A stretch of 64,000 nt of DNA from Sandaracinaceae bacterium (GTDB taxonomy: Bacteria; Myxococcota_A; Polyangia; Polyangiales; Houyiibacteriaceae). The translations under genes and the position numbers were made by a program. Within the stretch, counting starts at the first letter, position 1; each line of letters starts with the position of its first letter. Positions 17,826-25,893 of the stretch are shown piece after piece. The DNA lies in NCBI GenBank assembly GCA_020633055.1, contig JACKEJ010000004.1, positions 641,914 to 705,913 of the forward strand. The letters are read 5' to 3'. Below the pieces are notes generated by a model, which was not told where the DNA came from, did no database searches, and worked only from the letters and a program-made list of their open reading frames with translations.

Positions 17826-19106
17826 TCAGCTGCGCGCGCCCAGCACGGCAGCCATGCCCCCGCCGACGGTGCGCATGTTGGTGGTCTGCCCCTGATACAG
17901 CCGCGCGGCCACCATCTGCACCTCACCCGCGTACGCGAACTCACGGACGTCCAGCTTGAGCGGGCCCACACCACGGCCGACGCGCTCGCTGGGCGGGACC
18001 ACCTGCTGCGCCACGTAGCGCTCTGGAGCGCCCAGGATCTCGTCGAACACCCGGCGCGTGAGCTTGTCACCGCGGTACGCCGCGCGGCTCCCGAAGCCAT
18101 CGCGAGGCTTGAAGAACCACCGCTTGCGCTCGGCCCAGAGCGTGTCGCGCGGCAGGTCGCGCACGACGTGGGTCTCGGGCACGTGGGTCGTGAGGGTCGC
18201 GATGTCCTCCTCGCTGGCGCCCAGTTCGCGGAGCGCCGCGGCGTCGGAGAGCACGGCCAGGTTGGCCTTGTCCGCATACAGCGCGTGCGCGCGCGGCGGC
18301 GGCGTGACGACCACGGCGTCGTCGAGGTGGGCCGCGCGCAAGAGCGCGTGCCCTGGGTCGGCCAGACGGAAGTCGGTCGCGCGCAGGTAGACCAAGTCGA
18401 TGGGCTCGGGGTCACCCGCGAGACACACCGTCCCGCCCACGCGGACGAGCCCTGCGGGGTCGGTCACGCTCGCGCGGATGCCATGCCGCGCGAAGAGCGC
18501 CGCGAACAGCTCGAACTCGGGCTGCAGGAACTGCCCCTCGGGCTCGTCGTCCACGATGGCCACGTGCCGCAACACAGCGCCGGGCCGGGCCAGCGCGAGC
18601 TCCTGGCGAAACATGCTGACGATGCGCGCCTCGAGCTGGCTCACGTCGTAGGGCAGGTCGAAGGCGCGCTCGACCTGTTCACAACACGGCCGCTGGGCCT
18701 TGGCGAGCACCAGCTGCAAGAGCGCGCCGCCGGCGTTGGTGTTGACCTCGATCAGGCGAGGTCCGTCCGCGCCCAGGTGGAAGTCGAAGCCCAGGAACAC
18801 CCCTCGCGCCCCACCGTTGGGTCCCACCGCGTGGCGCGTGGCCTCGTCCGCGTCTGTCAGCGCGCGCTCAACGAACGCGGGCAGGGCCACGACGCGCTCC
18901 ATGGCCGCGACCGTGCGGCGCATGGCGTCGAGCTCTGGGCCGCCCACGAACACCGGCAGCGGCGCGAACAGGTTGGGGTGGGACGCCACCAGCGACTCCG
19001 CCCAGCCCGCCGGCATGCTCTCCCCGAGCAAGCGCGAGAGCGCGTCCATGTCCGTCGAGACGCAGTCGCAGCTGCGGTTGAGCACGTCGGCCAGCGTGTG
19101 GTCCAT
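17826..19106 (-). CDS. circularly permuted ATP-grasp-like protein (putative amide ligase)
   Basis: 427 aa with FLGFDFHLGADGPRLIEVNTNAGG and a C-terminal ...FKPRDGFGSRAAYRGD..., reminiscent of CP_ATPgrasp / glutathionylspermidine-synthase-like folds. Assignment is by motif only. Confidence 0.6.
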   Translation of the reverse strand: MDHTLADVLNRSCDCVSTDMDALSRLLGESMPAGWAESLVASHPNLFAPLPVFVGGPELDAMRRTVAAMERVVALPAFVERALTDADEATRHAVGPNGGARGVFLGFDFHLGADGPRLIEVNTNAGGALLQLVLAKAQRPCCEQVERAFDLPYDVSQLEARIVSMFRQELALARPGAVLRHVAIVDDEPEGQFLQPEFELFAALFARHGIRASVTDPAGLVRVGGTVCLAGDPEPIDLVYLRATDFRLADPGHALLRAAHLDDAVVVTPPPRAHALYADKANLAVLSDAAALRELGASEEDIATLTTHVPETHVVRDLPRDTLWAERKRWFFKPRDGFGSRAAYRGDKLTRRVFDEILGAPERYVAQQVVPPSERVGRGVGPLKLDVREFAYAGEVQMVAARLYQGQTTNMRTVGGGMAAVLGARS

Positions 19107-19227
19107 GGCGCGCCACCATGACCACGATGCGCAGGTCGGCAAGGCCAGCGCGCCGAGCGACGGGCCAAAAGCCCCAGGGCACACGACACGGGCACAGGAC
19201 ACGGGCCCCCGAGCCCCCGCACACGGT

Positions 19228-19731
19228 TCACGCGGGCGTCGCGGCTCCGTCCGATTCGTCACCCGCGTCGAAGCGCGCCTTCCGGTGCCACCGGAGCCCC
19301 GAGACGTCGGGGAGCCCAACGAGCGCTTCGTGAACGGCCAACGCAGCGTCGGAAGTGACCTGACGCGCGCCCGCCCCAGCGAAGAGCGTGCGCAACGACC
19401 AGCTGCGCTCCACGAAGCACAAACATGTCGGCTCGCTCGCCAACGACATGCTTGCTGCGACGTCGTCACCGAGGAGCACCTCCGGCGTCATGCGCGCCCC
19501 GACACCCAGCCAGTGCTCTTTCCCTGCGACGCGAAAGGGCACGCACCAGCCCCAGTCTTCGCAGAAGGGCTCGCGTGGTTCATGGCCCGCCGCACGCAGC
19601 GCTTCCGCGAGCCGGCGAGCCAGCCTCTCTCCTGGCAGACCGTTCACGTTGTCGGCGCTGGGGACGACCACGTCGGCGATGTCGGCAAAGAAGGTCGCGC
19701 AGGTGCGAGGCGAAGCGTCCACGAGCGCCAT
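19228..19731 (-). CDS. hypothetical protein (upstream partner of the ATP-grasp gene)
   Basis: 168 aa from Met MALVDASPR. Protein-like composition and co-oriented 120 bp upstream of the ATP-grasp gene. No recognisable domain. Confidence 0.45.
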   Translation of the reverse strand: MALVDASPRTCATFFADIADVVVPSADNVNGLPGERLARRLAEALRAAGHEPREPFCEDWGWCVPFRVAGKEHWLGVGARMTPEVLLGDDVAASMSLASEPTCLCFVERSWSLRTLFAGAGARQVTSDAALAVHEALVGLPDVSGLRWHRKARFDAGDESDGAATPA

Positions 19732-19944
19732 GGTCCTCGTTGGTCGAGCATCGTTCAAGACGGAGACGCACCCCTTGCGCTCGCGCCGGCCCGGCACCAG
19801 AGTCGCGGTCACGGGCGCCGAGGGGCGCCTCTCCCGCCGAAAGCCTCCGCACCCTCGTTCAACCAGTCCGTTTCGCGGTTCTACCGTCACGAAACCCATC
19901 GCCTCTCATGGAGCGGGAAGCGAGAGACCGAATGAGGAGTCGTC

Positions 19945-20487
19945 ATGGAACCCGTCGAGAACGTGAAGCACCGCGCGCGCCTGTTGCAGCAGCGCGCCCA
20001 AGCATCCAACCCCGAGGCGCTCGCCGTGCTGCGCACGCTGCCCGAGCTGCACGCGCTGAGCGACGAGGCCCTGCTGGAGACGCTGCAACGACGTCACTGC
20101 CTGGCCGCACTGGCCAAGGCGCTGGGCTTCGGCAGCTGGCCCCACGCCAAGAGCGTGCTGAGCGGTGAGGCGCTCTTGCACCCCGAGAAGCAGCCCCACC
20201 CCGGGCCCGACCTGGGTACGCTCATGCACCGCGAGCTGGGCGGCGCGTACTGGAACATCTGGTCGGCGTCGTACGCCGAGGCACGCGACATCCGCGCCGA
20301 GCACGGCGGGTACCTGCTGCCGTATCGCAAGCAGTTCTTGATCGTGGAGACGCACTACCTCGAAGCGCTCGACCTGGACGCCGGGGACCCCGACTGGGAG
20401 CGCATCGGGCGCGACTGGGCCGCACCCGCCGACCTCACCGCGTGGGCGCGGCTGACGTCGCGCGCAGTGGACGCCCGGCTGAGCTGA
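19945..20487 (+). CDS. hypothetical protein
   Basis: 180-aa ORF with balanced composition and good codon bias. No recognisable motif. Confidence 0.5.
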   Translation: MEPVENVKHRARLLQQRAQASNPEALAVLRTLPELHALSDEALLETLQRRHCLAALAKALGFGSWPHAKSVLSGEALLHPEKQPHPGPDLGTLMHRELGGAYWNIWSASYAEARDIRAEHGGYLLPYRKQFLIVETHYLEALDLDAGDPDWERIGRDWAAPADLTAWARLTSRAVDARLS

Positions 20488-20508
20488 CACGGCCACTGGC
20501 GCGCTCCA

Positions 20509-21732
20509 TCATGGCTTCAGGGCGTCGAGCAACGCCTCCAGGTCGTTCCAAGGGAGCACCGTGACGTGGCTGCGGTCTTGGCGCACGGTACCCCCGTGCA
20601 CCAACCATGCGCTGAACGATGCATCCGACAGTGCTGCGCGCCAGTAGTCGAGCCCGGTGAAGAAGTCGGACGCAACGGTCTCGCCGGACTTGACCTCGAC
20701 GGCTTGGAGGCGACCCGGCGCCGTCTCGATCAACCCGTCCACCTCGTGCCCCGCCTTGTCCCGGAGGAAGTGCAGGTTGGGCGTCTGGCCCGTGTGCGCC
20801 TGCACCTTGCGGAGTTCGGTCATCACCCAGTTCTCGAAGAGTGCTCCGCGCTGGGGATGCGCGACGACATGACCCGGTTGACGAACCCCGAGCAACCAGG
20901 CAGCTAGGCCGGGATCGGTGAAGTACAGCTTCGGGGTCTTGATGAGCCGCTTGGTGGCGTTGTTGAACCAGGGGCGCACCAAGAACAGGAGATGGCTCGC
21001 TTGGAGGACGGACAGCCACGCGTCAGCCGTCACCCGCGTGATGCCAGCGTCGGCGGCCAGCGCGCTGACGTTGACCAACTGTCCGATGCGCCCGGCACAC
21101 AGCTGCACGAAGCGCTGGAAGGTCGCGAGGTCTTGGACATGGAGGACCTGGCGGACATCGCGCTCGAGGTAGGTGCTCACATAGTCCTGCAGCCACACGG
21201 ACGGCTCGACCGGGCGGTCGTACAACGGGGGAAACAACCCGCAGTACAGGAGCTCGTCGACCGTCGTCGGGGCCCGGCCGACCCGCTGCAGCTCTCCCAA
21301 CGAGAACGGCAGGAGCGTGAGCATGGACGCGCGCCCCGCCAAGCTCTGCGTGATGGAAGCCATGAGGTCGAACTGACTCGAGCCGGTCAGGACGAAGCGC
21401 CCCATGCGCCGGTCGGCGTCCACGACGCCCTGGAGGTACGAGAACAGGTCCGGCGCGCGCTGGACCTCGTCGATGATGGCACCGTCCCCCACCTGTCGTA
21501 GGAACGCACGAGGATCGGCCAACGCAAACGCGCGCGTGTCTGGGTCCTCCAGCGAGACGTACGGGAGGTTGGGTGCCAGCAGCCGCGCGAGGGTTGTCTT
21601 GCCCGACTGCCGAGGCCCCGTGATGGTGAGGACGGGGTAGCCAGCCAGCCGCTTGCGCGCGGTGTCCGTCAGGACACGAGGCACGGGGTCAGGGGGAAGG
21701 GCCGGTGAGGTCACTTGGGCGACCATGTCCAT
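20509..21732 (-). CDS. AAA+ superfamily ATPase with DUF4143 (ATP-binding protein of the 'AAA_14/DUF4143' family)
   Basis: Walker A GPRQSGKTT. Overall length and motif order (IIDEVQRAP Walker B/arginine region, C-terminal DUF4143-like) fit this widespread orphan ATPase family. Confidence 0.85.
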   Translation of the reverse strand: MDMVAQVTSPALPPDPVPRVLTDTARKRLAGYPVLTITGPRQSGKTTLARLLAPNLPYVSLEDPDTRAFALADPRAFLRQVGDGAIIDEVQRAPDLFSYLQGVVDADRRMGRFVLTGSSQFDLMASITQSLAGRASMLTLLPFSLGELQRVGRAPTTVDELLYCGLFPPLYDRPVEPSVWLQDYVSTYLERDVRQVLHVQDLATFQRFVQLCAGRIGQLVNVSALAADAGITRVTADAWLSVLQASHLLFLVRPWFNNATKRLIKTPKLYFTDPGLAAWLLGVRQPGHVVAHPQRGALFENWVMTELRKVQAHTGQTPNLHFLRDKAGHEVDGLIETAPGRLQAVEVKSGETVASDFFTGLDYWRAALSDASFSAWLVHGGTVRQDRSHVTVLPWNDLEALLDALKP

Positions 21733-21758
21733 TTGTATACCCGACTATACAAATGGAC
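21727..21758. promoter_or_regulatory. perfect 13-bp inverted repeat (GTCCATTTGTATA-N6-TATACAAATGGAC) overlapping the start codon of the DUF4143 ATPase gene
   Basis: Read directly from the sequence. AT-rich palindrome in a GC-rich genome, located in the 35-bp gap after the WD40 lipoprotein gene and covering the first ATG (21730-21732) of the ATPase gene. Confidence 0.5.
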
Positions 21759-21767
21759 GCAAACCCG

Positions 21768-24530
21768 TCACAGCTCGAGGAAGCGCTGCAACACCTGCGC
21801 GTCCTGCGCGTCGGTCGCCTCGCTCAACGGGACGACAGGCGCCGTCGTGCCCGGGCCCGCCTGGCGGTAGCGGATGCGGTCGGTGTCTGGGTCCACGCCG
21901 TAAGCCGTGAAGCGCCCCGTGGCCTCGTCCACGACGTAGGCGACCACGACGGGCGCGTTGGTGAGCGCGCCCAGCCGAACGGACGCACCGTCCTCGCGCA
22001 CGATGCGCAGGTGATCCCCTTGGGGCATGGCCACGAAGCGACCGTCCGCCCGCGGGTAGTAGCGCTCCGCCGTGCACGCGCCGAACGACACCTGGGCGAG
22101 GTCTTCGACGCGGAGGCGCTGCAGCTCGCCCTCACGGCAGCGGAACAGGAACCGTGCGTCGGACGTGAAGTCGCCGCTGCCCTCCGACTGGAAGTAGGGC
22201 GTCGCCGCGCCGGCCGCGTAGAGCGCCTGGGTCACGGAGGCGGAGTCCGCCCCGACGCGCAGCGTCAGGTGCAGCACGCTCCCGTGGAAGACGGCCCCGT
22301 CGATGGGGTGCTCCGCGCGCAGCGACCACACGGCGCGGGTGCGCAGGTCGACGACGCGCACCTCGTCCCCGAACACCACGATGGCGCGCTGCGGCTCGAA
22401 CACCGCGAACGGCTCGCGGCCCAGCTCGGGGTCCTGATCCACGCTCACCAGCTCGCGACCACGACCGTCGTACAGCGTCATGCGCCACCACGGGCGCGGC
22501 GGCGGCTCCGCAGCGTCGTCGCTGGGCCCCTCGGGCGGCTCGTCGGACTCGAGGGGCGTCCAGAAGACCGCGAGCGACGACCCGTCGGGGCTCCACTCGA
22601 GCCAGTCCACGCCGCGCCCTGCGCTCGTGAGGCGACTCACGCGTCGCCCGTTGCGCGTGTCGAAGTTGGTGACCGGCAGCCCCGGCCCGTGTACGGCGAG
22701 CCGGCTCCCGTCCGGCGAGAACGTGTACGAGGCCGGGCAGTCCGGGCAGGCCTCGCCCGAGCGCGCGCTCACGGGCACGCGCATGCGCCGGCGGCCTGTG
22801 GTCATGTCCCACACGGCGACGGTCTCGTCGTCCTCCTCGCCCAGCCCGACGCTCTCGTTCGCGCTGAGCTGATAGACCATGCCGCGCGCGTCGCGGACCG
22901 CCTGAGGCTCCTCCTGCGCCTCGGCTGCCGGAGCAGCGGCGTCCCCGACGAGCGCGCAGTCGCCCACGGCGCTGTGAACGCGCAGAGTGCGCCCCTCGCC
23001 ACGCAGCTCGGCGCCCGCCATGGCGCAGTCCACGCGGCGCACGCCGGAGGGGCGATAGAGCACACCCCGGTAGCGGTTGGTGACCAGCACGCCCTCACCC
23101 GGCACGAACAGCGCGCCCCACACGCTCTCGGGGCCTGGCCTGGTCACGCGCTCGGCGACCTGCTCGCCGCGGCGCAGGTCCACCAGGTGGATGGCTCCCT
23201 CGTCGACGTAGATCATGCGGTCCCCGGCGGGCGTCACGTACATCGGCTCGAACCCGTACTCGCGCGCCTGCACGAAGGGCGCGAGGGGATGCGGTCGCGG
23301 CTGCCCGTTCAGGTCGAAGGCGCTCAGCCTGCTCAGGCTGTAGACCAGCGTCTCGCCATCGGGTCCGCGTGTGCTCTCGAGGGGCCAGCCCGTCTCCACC
23401 GTGGCGACCACCGCACCGCTCGCAGGGTCCACGAAGTGGACCATCGCGACACGGGGGTCGGCCCGCTGCGTGTCCCAGACCAACAGGCGCTCGCCCGATC
23501 GCAGCCAGTGGGCGGTACGGGCCCTGGTACCCGGCAGGTCGACCGTGTGGCGCAGCGCTCCCGTGAGCGGGTCTCGCAGCTGGACGTCCCCCGCGTCCGT
23601 GAGCGTCATCAAGAGGCCGCCCGTGGGCCGAAAGGCGAGCCCTCGGAAGCCCATGCCAGCCGACGACGTACCCGACGCGGGTTGCTCGCCACCCGGGCCC
23701 GTGGGCGCCGAAGGCGAGGGCTGCGCGGGCACGAGCGTGTCGACGAGCTCGCCCGCGGCGTCGTACAGCCCGAGGCGTGGCGCCGAGGGGACGATGATGG
23801 TCGTACGCTGGGAGGCGTCGGGCTCCTCCCGCTGCACGCGCGCGGCGATGAAGCGGGCCATGCTCGGGCTCACCCACGCCTCCGTGGGTACCAGGAGCTG
23901 TCCGCGCTCGTTGCGCGGCACCAGCGCGCGCCGCACCTCGAGCGTCGCGGCGTCACGCACGGCGAGGCCCGGCGGCTCCAGCGACACCACCAGGGCCCCG
24001 TCCGGGCTCATGTGCGCCGCAGGGAGATAGTAGAGGTCCCCCGTCTCCCCGGGGACCAAGGTGTCCGTCAGCAGGTCCCACACGAACAGGCTGGTGGCAT
24101 AGGGCACGCCGTTCCCGTGCAGCAGCACGCGCGTGCCCGTGGGGTCGAAGTGGGGGGCTCGCAGCGCCCCGCTCTGCACCCACATGCGGCGGCTGGCGCG
24201 GACGTCCCCCGTCTCGAAGTCGAGCACGCTCACCTCGCCGCCGTAAGTGGCCACGAGCGCGAGGCGTCCGTCGGGCGAGATGTCCAGCGAGCGCACGCTG
24301 CCGCTGTGCCCGGCCTGGAACACGGGCCGACCCAGCGCTTCCGGGCCCGCCGCGCGCGCCGCGGGTGCGGGCAGTGACTCGTCGACGAGCAGTGTTCCCG
24401 GTGCCTCGACCTCCGGCTCGACGGGCGGCGTGGTGACCCCCGGTGTGGGCGTGCTGCAGCCGGGGGACGCGAGCGCCCCCAGCAGCACGAGCCAGAGAAC
24501 CGCGGGACCCACCATGGCGCGCTGTCGCAT
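21768..24530 (-). CDS. lipoprotein with WD40/TolB-like beta-propeller repeats
   Basis: Signal peptide and lipobox LASPGC. Repeated SPDG(R/S)LA(V/L) blades (LDISPDGRLALVAT, MSPDGALVVS, FSPDGSRLAVHG, WSPDGSSLAVF). The 890-aa opposite-strand ORF was rejected. Confidence 0.8.
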   Translation of the reverse strand: MRQRAMVGPAVLWLVLLGALASPGCSTPTPGVTTPPVEPEVEAPGTLLVDESLPAPAARAAGPEALGRPVFQAGHSGSVRSLDISPDGRLALVATYGGEVSVLDFETGDVRASRRMWVQSGALRAPHFDPTGTRVLLHGNGVPYATSLFVWDLLTDTLVPGETGDLYYLPAAHMSPDGALVVSLEPPGLAVRDAATLEVRRALVPRNERGQLLVPTEAWVSPSMARFIAARVQREEPDASQRTTIIVPSAPRLGLYDAAGELVDTLVPAQPSPSAPTGPGGEQPASGTSSAGMGFRGLAFRPTGGLLMTLTDAGDVQLRDPLTGALRHTVDLPGTRARTAHWLRSGERLLVWDTQRADPRVAMVHFVDPASGAVVATVETGWPLESTRGPDGETLVYSLSRLSAFDLNGQPRPHPLAPFVQAREYGFEPMYVTPAGDRMIYVDEGAIHLVDLRRGEQVAERVTRPGPESVWGALFVPGEGVLVTNRYRGVLYRPSGVRRVDCAMAGAELRGEGRTLRVHSAVGDCALVGDAAAPAAEAQEEPQAVRDARGMVYQLSANESVGLGEEDDETVAVWDMTTGRRRMRVPVSARSGEACPDCPASYTFSPDGSRLAVHGPGLPVTNFDTRNGRRVSRLTSAGRGVDWLEWSPDGSSLAVFWTPLESDEPPEGPSDDAAEPPPRPWWRMTLYDGRGRELVSVDQDPELGREPFAVFEPQRAIVVFGDEVRVVDLRTRAVWSLRAEHPIDGAVFHGSVLHLTLRVGADSASVTQALYAAGAATPYFQSEGSGDFTSDARFLFRCREGELQRLRVEDLAQVSFGACTAERYYPRADGRFVAMPQGDHLRIVREDGASVRLGALTNAPVVVAYVVDEATGRFTAYGVDPDTDRIRYRQAGPGTTAPVVPLSEATDAQDAQVLQRFLEL

Positions 24531-24667
24531 CGCCGCAGTGTGCGCTTCGCATCTCGCAGCGTCATGTGGGAACACGGCGGCGCCGCACTCGTGGGATTTC
24601 CCCGGAGCGCTTATTGACCCGCGTTCAACAACGATCTAACCTGGAGGTGAGTTGTCCAGGAGGTCTC

Positions 24668-25543
24668 ATGTCCGTCGCAGCCCGCCGCATCGCCCCTGCT
24701 CCGAGCCCCACGTCCCCCGTCGCGGACCGCGCCGAGCGTCCGCGTATCGTCATCCGCCGCGTCGACGTGGACACCGAGGAGCGCGGCGAGAAGTACTGGT
24801 ACAACGGCATGCCCGGCGTGACCGCCTTCGCGTACGCGCTCTCGGCCGTGTTCCCGGACGGGGAGCGCATGTTCATCGACTCGGTGCGGCACTACCGCGA
24901 CCAGATCAAGGACCCCGAGCTGCAGGCCGAGGTGCGCGCCTTCATCGGGCAGGAGGCGCAGCACGGGCAGGTGCACGAGCGCTACAACGCGCGGGCGGAC
25001 GCGGATGGCTTCGCGGTGAGCGCGGTCACGGCGCACGCCCAGCGGCGCATGGCGCGTGTGCGCAAGGTGGCGCCGCCCGAGGTGCAGCTGGCCATCACCT
25101 GCGCGCTCGAGCACTTCACGGCCATGATGGCGGAGCAGCTGCTGGGCAACGAGCTCATGAGCGAGGGCGTCCCGGAGTCGCACGCGACGATGTGGCGCTG
25201 GCACGCGGCGGAGGAGGCCGAGCACAAGGCCGTGGCCTTCGACGTGTACATGACGGTGGACGGCAGCTACGTGCGCCGCATCCGCACGTACCTGGTGGTG
25301 TCGTTCATGTTCTCCGCCACCACGCTCGCCACCACCTACTACCTCATGGCCAAAGACGGGACGTTCTTCAGCCTGAAGAACCACGCACAGCTGCTGCGCT
25401 TCCTGCTCGTCTCGCCGGGGCTGTCGCGCAAGGTGCTGCCCGGCTGGTTCGACTACCTGCGCCCGAACTTCCATCCGTGGGATCGGGACGACCGCCACCT
25501 GCTCGAGCGCTGGAAGCGCGAGTGGGCGCCCTCCTTCCGGTGA
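24668..25543 (+). CDS. predicted metal-dependent hydrolase (PF10118-like)
   Basis: 291 aa with conserved His/Glu clusters (QEAQHGQVHERYN, EHFTAMMAEQLL, WHAAEEAEHKAVAFDVY) typical of this membrane-associated hydrolase family. Confidence 0.75.
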   Translation: MSVAARRIAPAPSPTSPVADRAERPRIVIRRVDVDTEERGEKYWYNGMPGVTAFAYALSAVFPDGERMFIDSVRHYRDQIKDPELQAEVRAFIGQEAQHGQVHERYNARADADGFAVSAVTAHAQRRMARVRKVAPPEVQLAITCALEHFTAMMAEQLLGNELMSEGVPESHATMWRWHAAEEAEHKAVAFDVYMTVDGSYVRRIRTYLVVSFMFSATTLATTYYLMAKDGTFFSLKNHAQLLRFLLVSPGLSRKVLPGWFDYLRPNFHPWDRDDRHLLERWKREWAPSFR

Positions 25544-25612
25544 GCACCCACGCGTCGTCACGGTCGGCCCAAAGAGTCGCCTAGCGAACGCGAGCCCTGG
25601 GCACGTGTGGCG

Positions 25613-25815
25613 TCACTTACCGCCGAACAGGCCGCCCAGCGCGCCCGCGACGCCCTCCGGGAGAACGTCCTTCACGCTGGCGAGCAGCTTGGGACCGTGC
25701 TCCTTCAGGAGGTTCTCCACCACGTCGGCGGCCTGCTTGGCCTGCTCTTCGCTGAGCCCGGCCTGGGCCTTGAGCTGCGTGACGAGGGTGCCCTTGATCG
25801 ACGAGATATCCATGA
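25613..25815 (-). CDS. small (67 aa) helical protein of unknown function, last gene of the NfeD-flotillin-AAA operon?
   Basis: MDISSIKGTLVTQLKAQAGLSEEQAKQAADVVENLLKEHGPKLLASVKDVLPEGVAGALGGLFGGK. Partial SD (AAAGG) 8 nt upstream. Lies 78 bp downstream of the giant ATPase gene on the same strand. Only this C-terminal part of the listed 607-aa ORF looks coding. Confidence 0.45.
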
Positions 25816-25893
25816 TGTGACCTTTCGTGGGGTGGGTCCCCGAGCATGGCGGAAACGAGCGCGCGCGTGAACCCCTCGCGTGCTCCGGGCTGG

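Noticed and set aside
15797-18415. 872-aa ORF treated as one gene
   Set aside because: Only the C-terminal 295 aa (from MKNIHKV) is a pirin. The rest is antisense to the LysR gene and is low complexity.
21705-24377. 890-aa ORF on the plus strand
   Set aside because: Antisense to the WD40 lipoprotein gene, which has a proper signal peptide/lipobox and repeated SPDG blades. The plus ORF is Arg/Ala/Gly-rich low-complexity, typical of high-GC antisense frames.
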